Positions 26,096 through 38,919 of a stretch of 64,000 nucleotides of DNA are shown here, piece by piece. This DNA comes from Paraspadella gotoi (Eukaryota; Animalia; Chaetognatha): NCBI GenBank assembly GCA_051294375.1, contig CM119267.1:14563694-14627693 (forward strand), read 5' to 3'. The translations under genes and the position numbers were made by a program. Each line of letters opens with the position of its first letter. The first letter of the stretch is position 1. The notes under the pieces are model-generated. The model did not search any database. It was not told the origin of the DNA and saw nothing but the letters and a program-made list of their open reading frames with translations.

Positions 26096-29000
26096 ATGGA
26101 TTTGGGAATCGAAGAACAAGAGACTACTTTGCGTATAACTACTCAACTGAGGAAAAGAAACTCTTCTCTTTTCAACTCGATAAAATTTTATGTTTTTTGC
26201 CAAGCCATCATTAATCTTTCTTATCTTATTCTTGGAGCTTATTTGAAAAGCGTTATCACTTCAATAGAAAAAAGGTTTCAGGTAAAGGGTCTACAGAAGG
26301 CTTCATATTATAAAATGTGGTACCCCTATTTTGTGACCAGAATCTGTTCCCACCAAACTACCCAATCGAATTTAATAAAATTTTACATTTAGAGTGCTAA
26401 TGACTAATGCTAATGACTAATGCTCATGTAATTGGTTTTCTACTTGGTTGGTCTGAATAGTCTGAAAAAAAAAGTTTTTACTTTCCTTCGCCCGCAGATT
26501 TCCTCCACGACAGCGGGCTTGATCGCCTCCGGCTTCGAAATCGGAAATCTCCTGGTTATCATTCCAATCTCGTATCTCGGGCCCCGAGTTCATCGAACTA
26601 GGGCGATCGCGCTTGGTTCCCTCGTTATGATCCTCGGCGGTTTGTTGCTGGCCATCCCGCATTGGGTTATTTCTCCTTACGACCCTCCAAGACATGCAGC
26701 ATCATCCACTGGTGGAGATCTGTGTGGAAAAACCCAGGGAAAAATCAACGTGAGAAGAGATATATGACACAATGAAAAATGGCGTAACGTTACTGTTCGT
26801 GCATAAAAAAAATTCACTGTTCAATATTATTATATTTCTTTTTATTTTTTGAAACGTTATAGTTTCATATGCTGATATCCAAAATATCAATGCAAAATCT
26901 TTTTTTGTTTTTTTGATATGACTGAATATAGGGTGAAAAGATGAAATTTTTTAAAAAAGCTACTTATTCATATTTATTCATAGAATTGTAATAGAAAAAA
27001 ATAAAAAAAAATAATAGTACTAATAGTTAGTGTTATGTCTCAAATAGATGGAAAAAAAACCTCATTTAAAAATTCGATAGGGAAGTGGGGTAACTAAGGC
27101 TTACCAATAGCATCCTCCACGCCGATTGTTCTCTCAAATAATTTTTTTTATTTAATACATTGAAAGGGAAAAAAAGAAAATTTGGAATGCAGGTTGCAGA
27201 AAAGGGTACAGATAATCTGGACTTATTGATATGATAACCATGACTTTTAATATCTTGTGAAATGGGGGCAGTAAAGAAATCTAAAAAATTTTATCATTAA
27301 GTCAGTCAATGAACCCTTTCCAATGGGCTATTACGAGAAATATTTTTTCTAATTAAAATGGATGATAAATAATAAAATTAAATTCCTTGCTATATTTAAA
27401 AAAAAAATTATCAATACAAAATTAACACAATGATGTTTTTCTTTGTCAAATATGTTACCAGCTATATAATTTTTACAACTTTATATATGATAAACAAGCA
27501 GTATGTCAAGCTTTTAGTTTGCAGTTAAAGATAATGAAAAATGATGATTTTTTTTACAGACAAGAAGGTAGATGTCCAGACTGTTTATATCAAGCTGAAA
27601 ACATTTTTGTATTTATCATTTTTAATATTTAAAAATATTTTATCAAGCTACAACATAAATTTTTGCTTGTTTTTTACTTTAACTGAAAAATATAAGCAAT
27701 TTTATGGAATAAAAAAAATTTAATAATAAACAAAATTTAATTCAGTCTTTCCTTTTTCAAATTACAAAAGAAAAAGAAAAATTTCATATGTCTTCATTGA
27801 AATTTTTAAAGCAAAAAAACTGTTATACTTTTAACTCTGATTTAAACAAAAGCTGTGTAAAGATTATGGATTTAATTTAATAAAACTCTTTTAGAAAGGT
27901 GTCCCATGATTAGGGCTTTAATTTGATACCACATTCACTTGCTACCTCTTTTCTTTCAAAAGTTTATTTAAAAAATAACGTTTTTTAAATTACGCAGTAC
28001 AATCTTTGTTAAATAAAATTTTCGGCAAAGCGGGAGTATTCACTTATTTCTGTTGGTACAATACTTAAATTTCAAAATAAAACTTGAAGAAAATTTTTTG
28101 TCATTTAGAGACATATCACTTTCAGATGTACCATCGTATAATAATTTATTTATTTATTTCCCCCAAAAAAGCCTAATTAGAAAAGTTGAAATTTTTCAAA
28201 TTGTTGGGAAAAAATTTCATCCGACCTATGCTCATTGAGAATAATGGTTTTGCATAGAAAAATTAAAATATCAAAAAAAATGTAGTGGTAGTATTTCATA
28301 CCCCACTACTCGTTCGAGAATCAGCAGCACCTATGGCGCCGGAGTAGCACGAGCTCCTCCAACCAAAGGACTCGGGTTCGCGCCCTGCTGATTCACACAA
28401 GTAAAAGCGGGACGGGCGGTCCTAACCCACCTGTAGTGTCTGACATCAGCCCGATCCGAAGTTTGGGAACTGTTGGCAACGGACGTAAACTGCTCGCGGC
28501 ATCGCTTCCACATTGGTGAGCCCACACGAACACGCTGGCACGTTAATACAACCTCTGCCGGGCATGTTAACACACCTCTGCCTCACCATTCGTGTGTGAA
28601 GAGGGAGCAGAATAGGCAGCCCCTCCTAGAGTGCTCGGGCACAACGGTGCATCATAGCCATCACACTTGCGCGGTGTGATGACTAGGGGGGATGTGTAGT
28701 GTGTATTTCATACCCCACTACTCGTCCGAAATCAGCAGCACCTATGGCGCCGGAGGTAGCACGAGCTCCTTCCAACCAAAGGACTCGGGTTCGCGCCCTG
28801 CTGATTCACACAAGAAAAGCGGGACGGGGCGTCTAACCCACCTGTAGTTGTCTGACTACAGCCCGATCCGAAGTTCGGGAACTTGTGTGCAACGGACGGT
28901 AACTGCTCGCGCATCGTCTTCCACAAAAATAAAAAAATCAGCCTTTAGAAAAATTGGAAGTCTAGAGGCTGATTTTTTTAGAATTGCAAAATTTTTTCTT

Positions 29001-32000
29001 GACTCATAATCCATTATTCTCAAGTTTCAAAATATTTTTTTCCAAAATCATTCAATCAATTTTTTTTTTATTAATTTAAAATGTTTTTATGATGTTGTTT
29101 TTGTTTGGAAAGAATTTGAAAAAAAGTGAAAAATATAGTAATTATATAAGGTTTTTGAAAATACCTTTAAAATATTAAATAATTACACAAGGGGAGTAAG
29201 CAGAGAAAACTTCCCATTCATAAAGAAAATTGAAAATGAATTTTTCATATTGTTATTTATATTAATTGACTAATTACAAACAAATGATTCATATAAATTG
29301 AGGAAATGATGGGTAAAAAATATTCATCTTGGTCTCGGTTAACTATTAGGTTATCGTTAAAGTTTGTTTTAAATATAATATTTTTTTTGCATTTATAAAA
29401 GCAATGGTCGAAAATTTGTAAGCGTTTCGAGCTATATTGCTTCATCTTTTTTACTATTTTTGATCTTGTTAGCTTTTTTGTTGATGGTCAAGGGTTATGG
29501 TCAGATACAGACATGTCCAGTAGTGTATATCGCACATATTACCAACAGTAGTGATCAATTAATTTGGCTCAGAAAACGATTTTAAAGGGACAAAATCAGC
29601 ACGAGACCGTTTCGCCACGTTATTTTTCATTGTGTCATATGCTGATCAATGATATGTTGTCTTTAACCGAAACATGGATCTCTTTATTGTCAACGCTCTA
29701 AATTTTAAGACTAGGGTTCCATCCCGAGTGAAAATAATTTTATAAAGAAACTAATAAAAGTACATTTAAAATTTCTTTCATTTAGTATGGTGTATTTCAA
29801 TGGTAGGGGTAGCCGCACTCAATGGGGTGATTCAAAAATTTACAGCGAGTACATGCTCAAACGAATTTTTATACATTTATGACTATTAGTATACTTTCAA
29901 TGGACAAAAAATTTCTGATATGGCTCTATAGTCTATACCCTAGTAATTATTTTTTTATATATTTATATATATTTATTTATATATAGGAAAGGCCAAAAAT
30001 TTTTTTAAGAATTATTAAATTTTAAGATCAGATTCAGATAGCTTATAAAAAGTTGTCTACACAAAGTATAATTCTTTTTTAAATATTTTTATGATTAGTG
30101 AGTCAAAAATAAGAAAAAATGTAAAAAATTATCATCATCATCTTTGAATGATTTTATCAGTTTTTTAAAATTTTCCTTAGAAAACGTAAGAATTTTTAAA
30201 AGCTGTAATTATAATTATTAAATTAATAAATATAATTATTAAATAAAAAAATGTTTTGTCACAAAAATAAAACTTTTTCTCTACAAAGCTGTAATTATAT
30301 TTCTTGTTTAACTTTTTATGCCAAATCAGAATCCATTAAAAATTTTTTTTCTCTATATAGTAATATAATATTTTTAATTAGGCTAGTACCCTCAGAAGAA
30401 AGCATTTTTGACCATAATCTATGCTCCTGAAAACTATTTTATAATATAGGGTAGGAGCTGACGTCGTTCTTAGAGATCGAGGAAGATTTTTTCAATGGAG
30501 ATTTTCGTTCAAATCTGACTACCAAACAATATAAACGCTCCTGAAAAAAATTCCGGTAAAAAATAGATGTAAAAACACTAGATTCCGATCCTGTTGCATC
30601 TGAAGGGCTCGCCTTATTTTTCTCTTGTTTGATATCAAAATGATGGTTATTTGACAAGCCAGAACAAATAGACTGCTTCTGGACGGAAAAATTTTCCATC
30701 TCTGATTTTATATAGAAATGAAAGATATTTTTTTCCTTGAAAACGATATAAACGTGACTGAGGTATGTTCCTGTTCAACAAATGAGGTCCAATTTTGGAA
30801 TCCTTTGGCTAAGTGTCTGAAGGGCTCTCAAAATTTTTCTTTACATTTTATTAGGTTATTTTGATATGATACGATCATGGTAAAGTGAAATTTTTATTTA
30901 AAGTAAAAGAGGAGCTAACGATCGGAATTCTAAGAGTTTTCAACCGGGAGTCAGATTTGAAAAAAATCTTCTATGGCGAAAACCTTCCAAAGAAGGGGTG
31001 GATTTTCCGAAGATTTTGGTTAATATTTTCTATATTTATGGTTGGATTTTTTTGAAACTTAATATTAACAATATTGCCATCATTCTACCTTGGCCGGTAT
31101 AAGAATATATTAAAAAAACTTCGGGCTTTGTTCCTCAGATCTTAGTCCTAATCATCTTGATATCAAATTCAAATAAAGGGATTTCTCAACTAAAATACAA
31201 TGTAAACGCATTTAACTTATGTTGTGATTTTACAATAAACTTTGAATACAGGAATCCGAATGAAGGCCTCTCAAAATTTTTCTTTGCATTTTATTTGGTT
31301 ATTTTAATATGATATTATCATGGTAAAGTGAATTAGTCCATTTTGGTGAAATTTTTATTTAAGGAGATAACGATCGGAATTCTAAGAGTTTTCAACCGGG
31401 AGTCAGATTCAGGAAAAATCTTCTATGGCGAAAATCTTCCAAAGAAGGAGTGGATTTTCCGAAGGTTTTGGTTAATATTTTCTATATTTAGGATCGGATT
31501 TTTTTGAAACTTAACAATAGCAATATTGCCATCATTCTACATTGACCGGTAAAAGAATATAATAAAAAAACCTCTGGCTTTTTTCGTCAGAGCTTAGTCC
31601 TATATAGGGGCAAGAAGAATTAATTCAAAAAGGTTACTGTAAGGACAAAACTCTAATAGTAATTTGTTCACAGGACACGGAACCGACCAGCCCCTCCGCA
31701 TATCAAACATTGCCGACGAACAAGATATGGGGATTGATGTTTTTCGCCCGTATGCTAGTGGGGATCGGTGCGGCTCCAATCCAGCCTTACGGTATTAGCT
31801 ACATGGACGACCACGCATCCCGTTCAATGGCTCCTGTTTATCTGGGAATCCTCCTATCCATAACAATGATCGGTCCCGCCTTCGGCTATATTCTCGGCGC
31901 CTTGACCACCAAACTCTATGTCGATTTCGAGAGGGTAGACTCGGTGCAGGTCCAGCCTTCGGATCCAGGTAAACATCGTCTCCCTTTGACCAGCATTGAG

Positions 32001-33526
32001 ATTCACCGCTAACCCTTTTTTTCTTTCGCCATTTACGTAGAATGGATTGGAGCCTGGTGGCTGGGCTTTTTGATAGCCTCGGGCATCATGATGATCGCTC
32101 AAATTCCGTTTTGGTTTTTCCCTAAAAAGATGAAATCAGTCGAGACTGAATCTGCCTCGGGCCCCGACGCTGAGAAACAAGAAGACGCCTTTCTTCGCAA
32201 ACTGGGGGAAGTTCCCGAGCTTGATACCAAAGCGTCCATAGAACGACAATCCACTTTTGCTTTTTACGTCCGTGATTTTTTCTTGGCCTTCGCCCGTCTC
32301 ACCAAAAATTCTGTCTACATATTTGTAGTTCTCGCTTACGCTACTTTGATGGCAATCTCCGCCGGCTTCGCTGTCTTTCTTCCCAAGTTCTTCGAGGTGC
32401 AGTTCGGCCTTTCCGCGTCGCGGTCAAACATGTACATAGGTGGGGTCCAGATGCCTTTTGGCATTGCGGGCGTGATTGGCGGCGGTTACTTGATGCGTCG
32501 ATTCCGTTTAAGCGATCGTAACGCCGTCGCCATGTCCGTCCTTGCGTCCGTTCTCAGTCTTCTCCTCGGTTTACCTCTGATTTTCGTGGGATGCCAAACG
32601 CGTCTCATTTCTGGCGTTAACGCCAAGGTCATGGACGTGGATTGCCTCGACTCCTGCGGCTGTAACGTCGATCTTTATCGACCCGTGTGCGCCGGCGTCG
32701 TCGAGTACTTAACCCCGTGCCACGCTGGATGCCGCGACGTCGTCTACAACACGAGTCGAGACGACGGGATTCAAATCGTCCGATTCGAAAACTGCACTTG
32801 CTTACCCTCATCGAATCTCTACGCGGAACCTAAAGCTTGCCCCCACCTTTGCAGTGACAAGCTGTGGATCGGACTTGGAATCTCTTGCGTAGTTTTATTT
32901 ATCATTTGTTTGATACAGTCACCTATTTACACTGTTCTGCTCAGATCTGTCTCTCTTAAAGACAAAAGCTTCTCTATCGGCGTGCAATTTTTAGTCATGA
33001 GAACCTTGGGTAAGTTTCTTTCATCACTTTCATCACAAAAGTGACCCTCGGACCGAGACCGAGGCCTCGGTAATATATTTTTATCGTCGCAATCGCTTTG
33101 CTGTGGTTTTGCACATAAGTCGTCGTTGTCGTCGGCGTTCCAAATTATAGTTCGCCTTTTTTATGATTAAATTTGGGTGTATGAAGCTGAAAATTTATAT
33201 GCAGCTTCTCATCATCGATGTCCTTAAAATTGGGTCAGGACAGTTAATAAATATTTTTTGTTTACGTTTTATCAAAACAAACAAATTTTCTCTCCTTTAT
33301 TTTTATATTTCTTTCTCTCTTTCTTTTCCCTTTTAATTATATGTAACTCTCTCTCTCTCTTTTCCCTAGTCACTGATTCATAGGAAAAAAAACAAGACTG
33401 CAGCTGGCTCTGCAGGGGCTTATTCTTTTTCTCTCTTTTCTCCTGCTGCTTCTGTTGCTGCCTTTTGATTTCTTTATTTTTTTCTGGGTGCCTCTGCTGC
33501 TGCCGATTCGTCCGAAAACGATTTGG

Positions 33527-33569
<43 letters not shown>

Positions 33570-34156
33570 TCTGGTGCTCAGTTTATTTGACAATGAAAAT
33601 TATTTCCTCGGTACTTTGTTTTTTTTAATTGACAATCACAAAATAGAATTTTTCTTTCTGTTTATAAATTAATTTTCTTTTCTCAAATTTGAGTTTTTTT
33701 AATTTCAGTATCAAAATTGTTCTTTCTTTCCTTTCTATTCTTTCTTTCCTTTCTAATCTTTCCTTCTTTTTCTTTCTGTTTATAAATTAATTTTCTTTTC
33801 TCAAATTTGATTTTTTTTAGTATCAAAATTTTTCGTCAATCCAGATTTTTCTTATGCGATTGCGACGATCCTATTGCTTTTAAAATTTTTATTTCTCGTT
33901 GTTATTTCAAGGTTGGCTTCCTGCTCCTATTTACTTTGGAGCAACCATTGATGCTTCCTGCCTGAGGTGGGAAATGATTGAACAAAATGAAGGCGCTTGC
34001 CAAATATACGACAATCAAGATTTAAGACGTCGTTACTTGGGACTTATATCTGGCCTGCAGGGCCTTTGTATTGTATTTCTCTTTACTTTACTTTGTTTTA
34101 AACTTTATGAAAAGAAGTCCAGATCTTTTACCAATATTGCCACAAGCGTTAAGTGA
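26096..34156 (+). CDS. Organic anion transporting polypeptide (SLCO/OATP family; 5 exons)
   Basis: SVITSIEKRFQ|ISSTTAGLIASGFEIGN, GISYMDD, WIGAWWLGF, Kazal-like CGC..YRPVC..YLTPCHAGC, PAPIYFGATIDASCLRW. Confidence 0.92.
28394..28476 (+). ncRNA. Type-P5 twister ribozyme (family B, 5' LTR; some mismatches)
   Basis: GCGG GA CGG gcggtcc TAA CCC AC ..P3.. CCCGA TCCGAAGT TTGGG. Confidence 0.65.
28807..28889 (+). ncRNA. Type-P5 twister ribozyme (family B, 3' LTR)
   Basis: CACACAAG aaaa GCGG GA CGG GGCGTC TAA CCC AC CTGTAGT..ACTACAG CCCGA TCCGAAGT TCGGG aa CTTGTGTG; P5, P3 and P4 pair perfectly. Confidence 0.85.
29804..30425. repeat. AT-rich dispersed repeat, copy 3 (inverted)
   Basis: Reverse complement of the 1372-1973 / 4200-4792 repeat. 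Confidence 0.7.
30821..31601. repeat. Two diverged direct repeats of ~330 bp (30821-31150, 31263-31601)
   Basis: Shared blocks such as CTCTCAAAATTTTTCTTT, TAACGATCGGAATTCTAAGAGTTTTCAACCGGGAGTCAGATT and CTTAGTCCTA. Confidence 0.75.
33078..33880 (+). mobile_element. Helentron/DINE-like element, family 2
   Basis: Subterminal inverted repeats ATCGTCGCAATCGC / GCGATTGCGACGAT, internal (CT)n and low-complexity tracts, T-rich flanks. Confidence 0.6.
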
Positions 34157-34290
34157 AAGGGAAAATCGGGGTGGTGGAGTCATTACAGCTGGATTAATTT
34201 ATTTAATGCTCGTATATCGATTATCCAAAGTTTATTTTCTTATAACTTTCTCTTTACACTCAGGCACAGAATATACTATTATATGAGACT

Positions 34291-35610
34291 ATGAGAATTT
34301 CACGAAGCAGAACGAATCGGGCCTCGTCGGCCAAGTTTCCCGTTGATCATCAGCGCCAATTTGAGGACGGAGATGCGGGCCTCATGTTCGACCTTTCCAA
34401 GGAGGAGCAATTCGGTCCTTACAGGGGCTTTAAAACTTTGCTGAAAAGATTGCGAGTTCGTTGCACTTCCAACAAGGAAGATATTATCACGGAAAGCCTA
34501 GAAGGTTCCCCGGTATTTGTCATTTCTTGCCCGAAGCAACCTTTCTCTGCGGAGGAGTTTGAAGTACTTTCCAAGTATATCATGGAAAAAGGAAGGTCCG
34601 TCTTAGTGATGAGCGCTGAGGGTGGAGACGTCGTCGCCAAGACTAACTTGAACGAATTCCTTGAAAATTTCGGCATCACCATCAACAACGACGTCGTCGT
34701 CCGCACACAGTTTTACAAGTATTTCCACCCGAAAGAGTGCTTCGTCTCCAACGGCGTCCTCAATCGCGGCCTGCTCAAAGCCGCTGGCGTACCCCCGCAC
34801 ATCAACGCCGAGGGGGAAGAAATCGGGCCTGGCCATCTCGATTTCGTCTACCCTTACGGCGCAACGCTCAACGTCCACAAGCCAGCCGTCCCAGTTCTTT
34901 CTTCCGGCAGCGTCTCTTACCCTATGAATCGGCCAGTATGCGCCTTCTACGAGCATCGAGGCGGTGGGAAGCTGGCCGTCGTTGGATCGCCTCACATCTT
35001 TACCGACGGATTCATTGAGAAAGAGGACAATTACAAAATATTCGAGGTCGTATACAAGTTTCTCACCACTAACGACGTCCAGCTCAATACTCACGACGTA
35101 GAAGACCCGGACATAATCGACTATAATTACATCCCCGACTCGAAGATGCTGTCCGACCAGTTAAAGGTCTGCCTTCAGGAGGGCGAAGAGTTATCTCCAA
35201 ACTACAAAGAGTGGTTCGATCAGCGCCTTTTTGTCTTTGACATCGACGTTCTGCCCAAAGTCATCGATGGTTATCGCGAGCTGGGAGTCAAGCACCGCCC
35301 TCTCGGCCTCATCAAGCCTAATTTTGAGGCGCCAATGCCGCCGTTGAGACCTGCAGTTTATCCACCTCAGTTTCGTGACCTCCCGGCTCCGGGCCTCGAT
35401 CTGTACGATCTCGACGAGCAGTTCGCCTCGGAGAAAGTTCGACTGGCCCAGTTGTGCAACAAGTGCACCGACGACGATCTCGAATATTTTCTCCGAGAGT
35501 GCGGAGAGATTCTCGGAGTTTCCGCCAAGATGTCTAAAGAAAACAGGGATGGGAAACGCGTGCTGGGTCACGTGTTAGAGCAAATTGTCCGTTTGAAAAA
35601 AATCGATTGA
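34291..35610 (+). CDS. IFT52: Intraflagellar transport protein 52
   Basis: FDLSKEE, VVRTQFYKYFHPKECFVSNGVLNR, FVYPYGATLNV, LYDLDEQFASEKVRLAQLCNKCTDDDLEYFLRECG; intronless. Confidence 0.95.
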   Translation: MRISRSRTNRASSAKFPVDHQRQFEDGDAGLMFDLSKEEQFGPYRGFKTLLKRLRVRCTSNKEDIITESLEGSPVFVISCPKQPFSAEEFEVLSKYIMEKGRSVLVMSAEGGDVVAKTNLNEFLENFGITINNDVVVRTQFYKYFHPKECFVSNGVLNRGLLKAAGVPPHINAEGEEIGPGHLDFVYPYGATLNVHKPAVPVLSSGSVSYPMNRPVCAFYEHRGGGKLAVVGSPHIFTDGFIEKEDNYKIFEVVYKFLTTNDVQLNTHDVEDPDIIDYNYIPDSKMLSDQLKVCLQEGEELSPNYKEWFDQRLFVFDIDVLPKVIDGYRELGVKHRPLGLIKPNFEAPMPPLRPAVYPPQFRDLPAPGLDLYDLDEQFASEKVRLAQLCNKCTDDDLEYFLRECGEILGVSAKMSKENRDGKRVLGHVLEQIVRLKKID

Positions 35611-35716
35611 GAAAAGAAGATTAATCATCACGTTATCAATGTTGTCGGTAATTTTTTAAAATTTATTAGTAAATATGTAATTTTCTTACCTTTAGATTTT
35701 TTCATTCCTCACTGCC

Positions 35717-37820
35717 ATGATGGGGAAACCTGTTGCTCGGCAATTCGAGGACGCTGAAGAAACTCGAGATTCGCGGCTTGAGTTAGTTCAAGAAGACTCG
35801 GATAGTGAATCCTGCTCGAACGATGAAGAAGACGAAGAGATCGACGATGACCTGGACTCGGTTGAAAGCGTGGAATCAAAGTTGCGATCCTTGCGCACCA
35901 GTGGCGTTGAAAAAGAGCCTTTTGCGAGAACCTCGAAATCCGGAGCTAGCGATGGTGGCAAGCACCTCAAGTTTCTCAACAAGATTCATGTGGGAGTTTA
36001 TGAACCTTCTACGTCGTCCATGTCTTCCAAGGTCATCAATCAACTCAACGCCACCAACAGGGAGGAAAGGAGTAAGACCAAAGACAAGTCGCATCGAGCC
36101 ACCGTTGAACAGGTTTCAGCCAACTTTAATTCACTGCTGGTTTTTTTTCTTGGCCCCTGAACTCAATTGGGCTGTCGTTAGGTGTTGGATCCTCGGACCA
36201 GAATGATACTTTTCAAGATGCTTGGCAGAAATTTTGTGTCAGAAGTCAACGGTTGTATATCGACTGGAAAAGAAGCCAACGTTTATTATGCTTTAACCTC
36301 GGAAGGACTTAGTCGCGCTATCAAAGTTTACAAGACCTCCATCTTGACCTTTAAGGTATCGTTCACTCGCGTCGTCAAACTTCAGTAGTTTTTTCAATCA
36401 ATGTATTTCTTGTTACACTCCAGGACCGAGACAGATACGTGACTGGAGAATTTCGGTTTCGTCATGGATATGGGAAGGGTAATCCACGAAAAATGGTTCA
36501 AACTTGGGCCGAAAAGGAAATGCGCAACTTGTCGAGGATGTTTCAAGTCGGAATACTCTGCCCGGAGCCCTTTGTTTTAAGAGGTCATGTACTGATCATG
36601 GAATTTATCGGTAAGATTTTTGTTAAATGCAGTAAGTCAACGATATTTTTTTAAAAACTTCAATATTGTGTTAGCTTCAAGGTATCCACTTTAATTTCGT
36701 TCTATGTGAACAATTTTTAACAATTAAAAACTGAAAACGCTGAAGAAGGCTTGAATACTAAAGCCGAAACATGTCTGTTTATCAATAAAAAAAAAATTTC
36801 GTTGAAAACTAATAAAAACTTTGTTTTTTTTCTCTAAACAATTAAAAAATAAAGATTTATGAAAGTTAAAATGGACTTCCTGAAAGAGAAAAAATTACGC
36901 TGTATTTTTCTATTAAGGTACCGACGGTTGGCCAGCTCCATTGCTTAAAGACGTGGAAATTGACGAAGATAAAGCTCGCGAACTTTATCCACAATGTTTG
37001 ATGATGATGAGAAAAATGTTTCAAGAGGCCAAATTGGTACATGCTGATTTGTCCGCGTTCAACATGCTTTATCATCAAGGCAAGGTCTACTTTATTGACG
37101 TCTCTCAGTCCGTGGAAATGGATCACCCAAACGCTTTGGAATTCTTGCGGAAAGATTGTAATAACGTTAATGAATTTTTTAAGAAGAAAAACGTGGCAGT
37201 TTTGAGTCTCAAAGGCCTTTTTGATTTTTTGACCGATCCAACGATAACGAACGAAAATATGGATTCTTATTTGGCTGAAGCACAGGTTTAAGTCGGGACT
37301 GAAATTTTATTATTAAAGTCATTTTTTTCCCTATAATTATAAATAATTCTCAATTCAGCAACGAGTGGAGATCGGAATCGATAACCTGGAGTCGTACGAA
37401 TCCCGTGTCGCCGAGGAGGTCTTCAAGCAATCTTTTATTCCTCAAAAGATGGACGAGGTGGTCAATTTCGAAAAGGACGTCCGACGAGCGCAAAGCGGCG
37501 AATCTGTCGACTACCTCCGGTTTATGGGACTGAAAGGAGACCTTAGCGTCAATCATCGTCCGGAGATATTGCAAGACGACGACGACAGTTCGAACGATGA
37601 CGAGCCGGAAGAAGTTCTCGAAGAGACTCATGTAGAATCGGAGGGAGGGGAAGGTGAGAAAAAAACGTTAAATCGAAGAGACTACTCTCCCGAAACTTGG
37701 AAGGAGATGAGAAAACAATTGAAGCAAGAGCGGAGAGAGAAAATCAAAGAGAAAATTCCCAAACATGTGAAAAAGAGGAGGGAGAAACTGGGAAGAGAGA
37801 GAAAAGGAGGGAAAAAGTGA
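35717..37820 (+). CDS. RIOK1: RIO kinase 1 (5 exons)
   Basis: RATVEQ|[57 protein letters not shown]. Confidence 0.95.
36734..36780 (+). ncRNA. Minimal type-I hammerhead ribozyme (Penelope-like) in a RIOK1 intron
   Basis: AAACG CTGAAGA aGGCTT..AAGCC GAAA CATG TC^TGTTT; stem I, stem II and palindromic stem III (CATG). Confidence 0.75.
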
Positions 37821-37900
37821 ACTTGATTTTATTTTTACAACGTTTTTAATTCATTCGTGGATGTTTTATTTAGTTATCACATAAGTTCATACGTTCAAAA

Positions 37901-38617
37901 ATGCTGGTTAGCATAATTCGCCACGGTCAGACCGATTGCAATAAACGGAGAGTATTGCAGGGCGGGATGAACACAGAATTAAACGAAACTGGACGCAATG
38001 AGGCTGCCCGCCTCGGGGATCACCTTAAAAACATTAAATTCACTCACATCTTTTCAAGTAATTTGAATCGGGCTCAAGACACAGTCCGCATTGTACTCGA
38101 TAAAAATGATACAATTTCTGGACAACTTATCGTAAATGTTGACGAAAGATTGCGTGAACGTAACTTTGGAATCTTCGAAGGAAAGCCAAAAGAGATTTTG
38201 GCTGAAGCACATGCTATTGCTAAGAGGAGCAAAAGTTATCCTGGAAGCTCTAATTATGTTCCTGAGGGCGGTGAGTCTACTGCACAAGTTTACGCGAGAG
38301 CGCGAGAATTTTTTCTGGAGACATGCCATATGGTTAATGAGGAACGAAAGTGCAACGCCCACATCTTGATCTCTACACACGGTGGAGTCATTGTTGAACT
38401 AATGGCTCTATTTGTCAAGGAGCTTAATTGTGCACCCCCGGAGGGAATATCAAATCATGAAATGGTTGTCATACCTGGCAACACAGCTGTTTCTCAGTTT
38501 ACCATTGATTTAGTAAAAGGACAAAAGCTTGAGGATTGCTTAGCGAAACCGGGAATATTCGTCAAGAATATGAGTTGTACTCTAATTCATGATCGTAGTC
38601 ATTGTAGTGATATTTAA
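37901..38617 (+). CDS. Histidine phosphatase, TIGAR-like
   Basis: RHGQT, FSSNLNRAQDT, RLRERNFGIFEG, PEGGES, THGG. Confidence 0.85.
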   Translation: MLVSIIRHGQTDCNKRRVLQGGMNTELNETGRNEAARLGDHLKNIKFTHIFSSNLNRAQDTVRIVLDKNDTISGQLIVNVDERLRERNFGIFEGKPKEILAEAHAIAKRSKSYPGSSNYVPEGGESTAQVYARAREFFLETCHMVNEERKCNAHILISTHGGVIVELMALFVKELNCAPPEGISNHEMVVIPGNTAVSQFTIDLVKGQKLEDCLAKPGIFVKNMSCTLIHDRSHCSDI

Positions 38618-38845
38618 ATGTATTGTTATTTATTCAGGTCTTAGTCTGGAATGATATTTTTATAGAAATTTGTTTTTTTTTTGTTTTCAGCATATTTATT
38701 GAAATTTTTGAATTCAGGGAATATTCGTTTACTCCCCTTAAAGTGTAGATCTTACGAGAAACTTGATCGTTTGTTTAGCTCTTTTACAGTTGTCAATAAT
38801 TTAATTTGGGATTATGGTGGACTAAAATCCATCAACCGTTCATCA

Positions 38846-38918
38846 GCGGCCATTAGAGCCGGAGGCAAGTCATTCGACTCCCAACCCAAAGGTCCGGGGC
38901 TCTAGCCCGGTGGTTGCC
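38846..38918 (+). pseudogene. tRNA-derived cloverleaf-like head of the family C element
   Basis: Acceptor GCGGCCA/TGGTTGC, T stem CCGGG/CCCGG with 7-nt loop, anticodon-loop-like CTCCCAA; degenerate B box and anticodon stem. Confidence 0.55.
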
Positions 38919-38919
38919 T

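Larger units (their letters stand above)
28281..28925 (+). mobile_element. Non-coding TRIM, family B (LTRs 28281-28512 and 28695-28925), with tRNA-like head and twister ribozyme in each LTR
   Basis: TGT..ACA direct repeats, PBS TGGTGAGCCC at 28514, polypurine tract AGGGGGGA at 28685-28692, A-run flanks consistent with a TSD. Confidence 0.88.

Noticed and set aside
28281-28925. Dating the family B insertion from LTR divergence
   Set aside because: Differences are largely single-base indels and could be consensus errors; needs read-level validation.
38846-38918. Functional tRNA-Gly(CCC) gene
   Set aside because: The T loop lacks TTC and the anticodon stem is mispaired; treated as an element-derived head.
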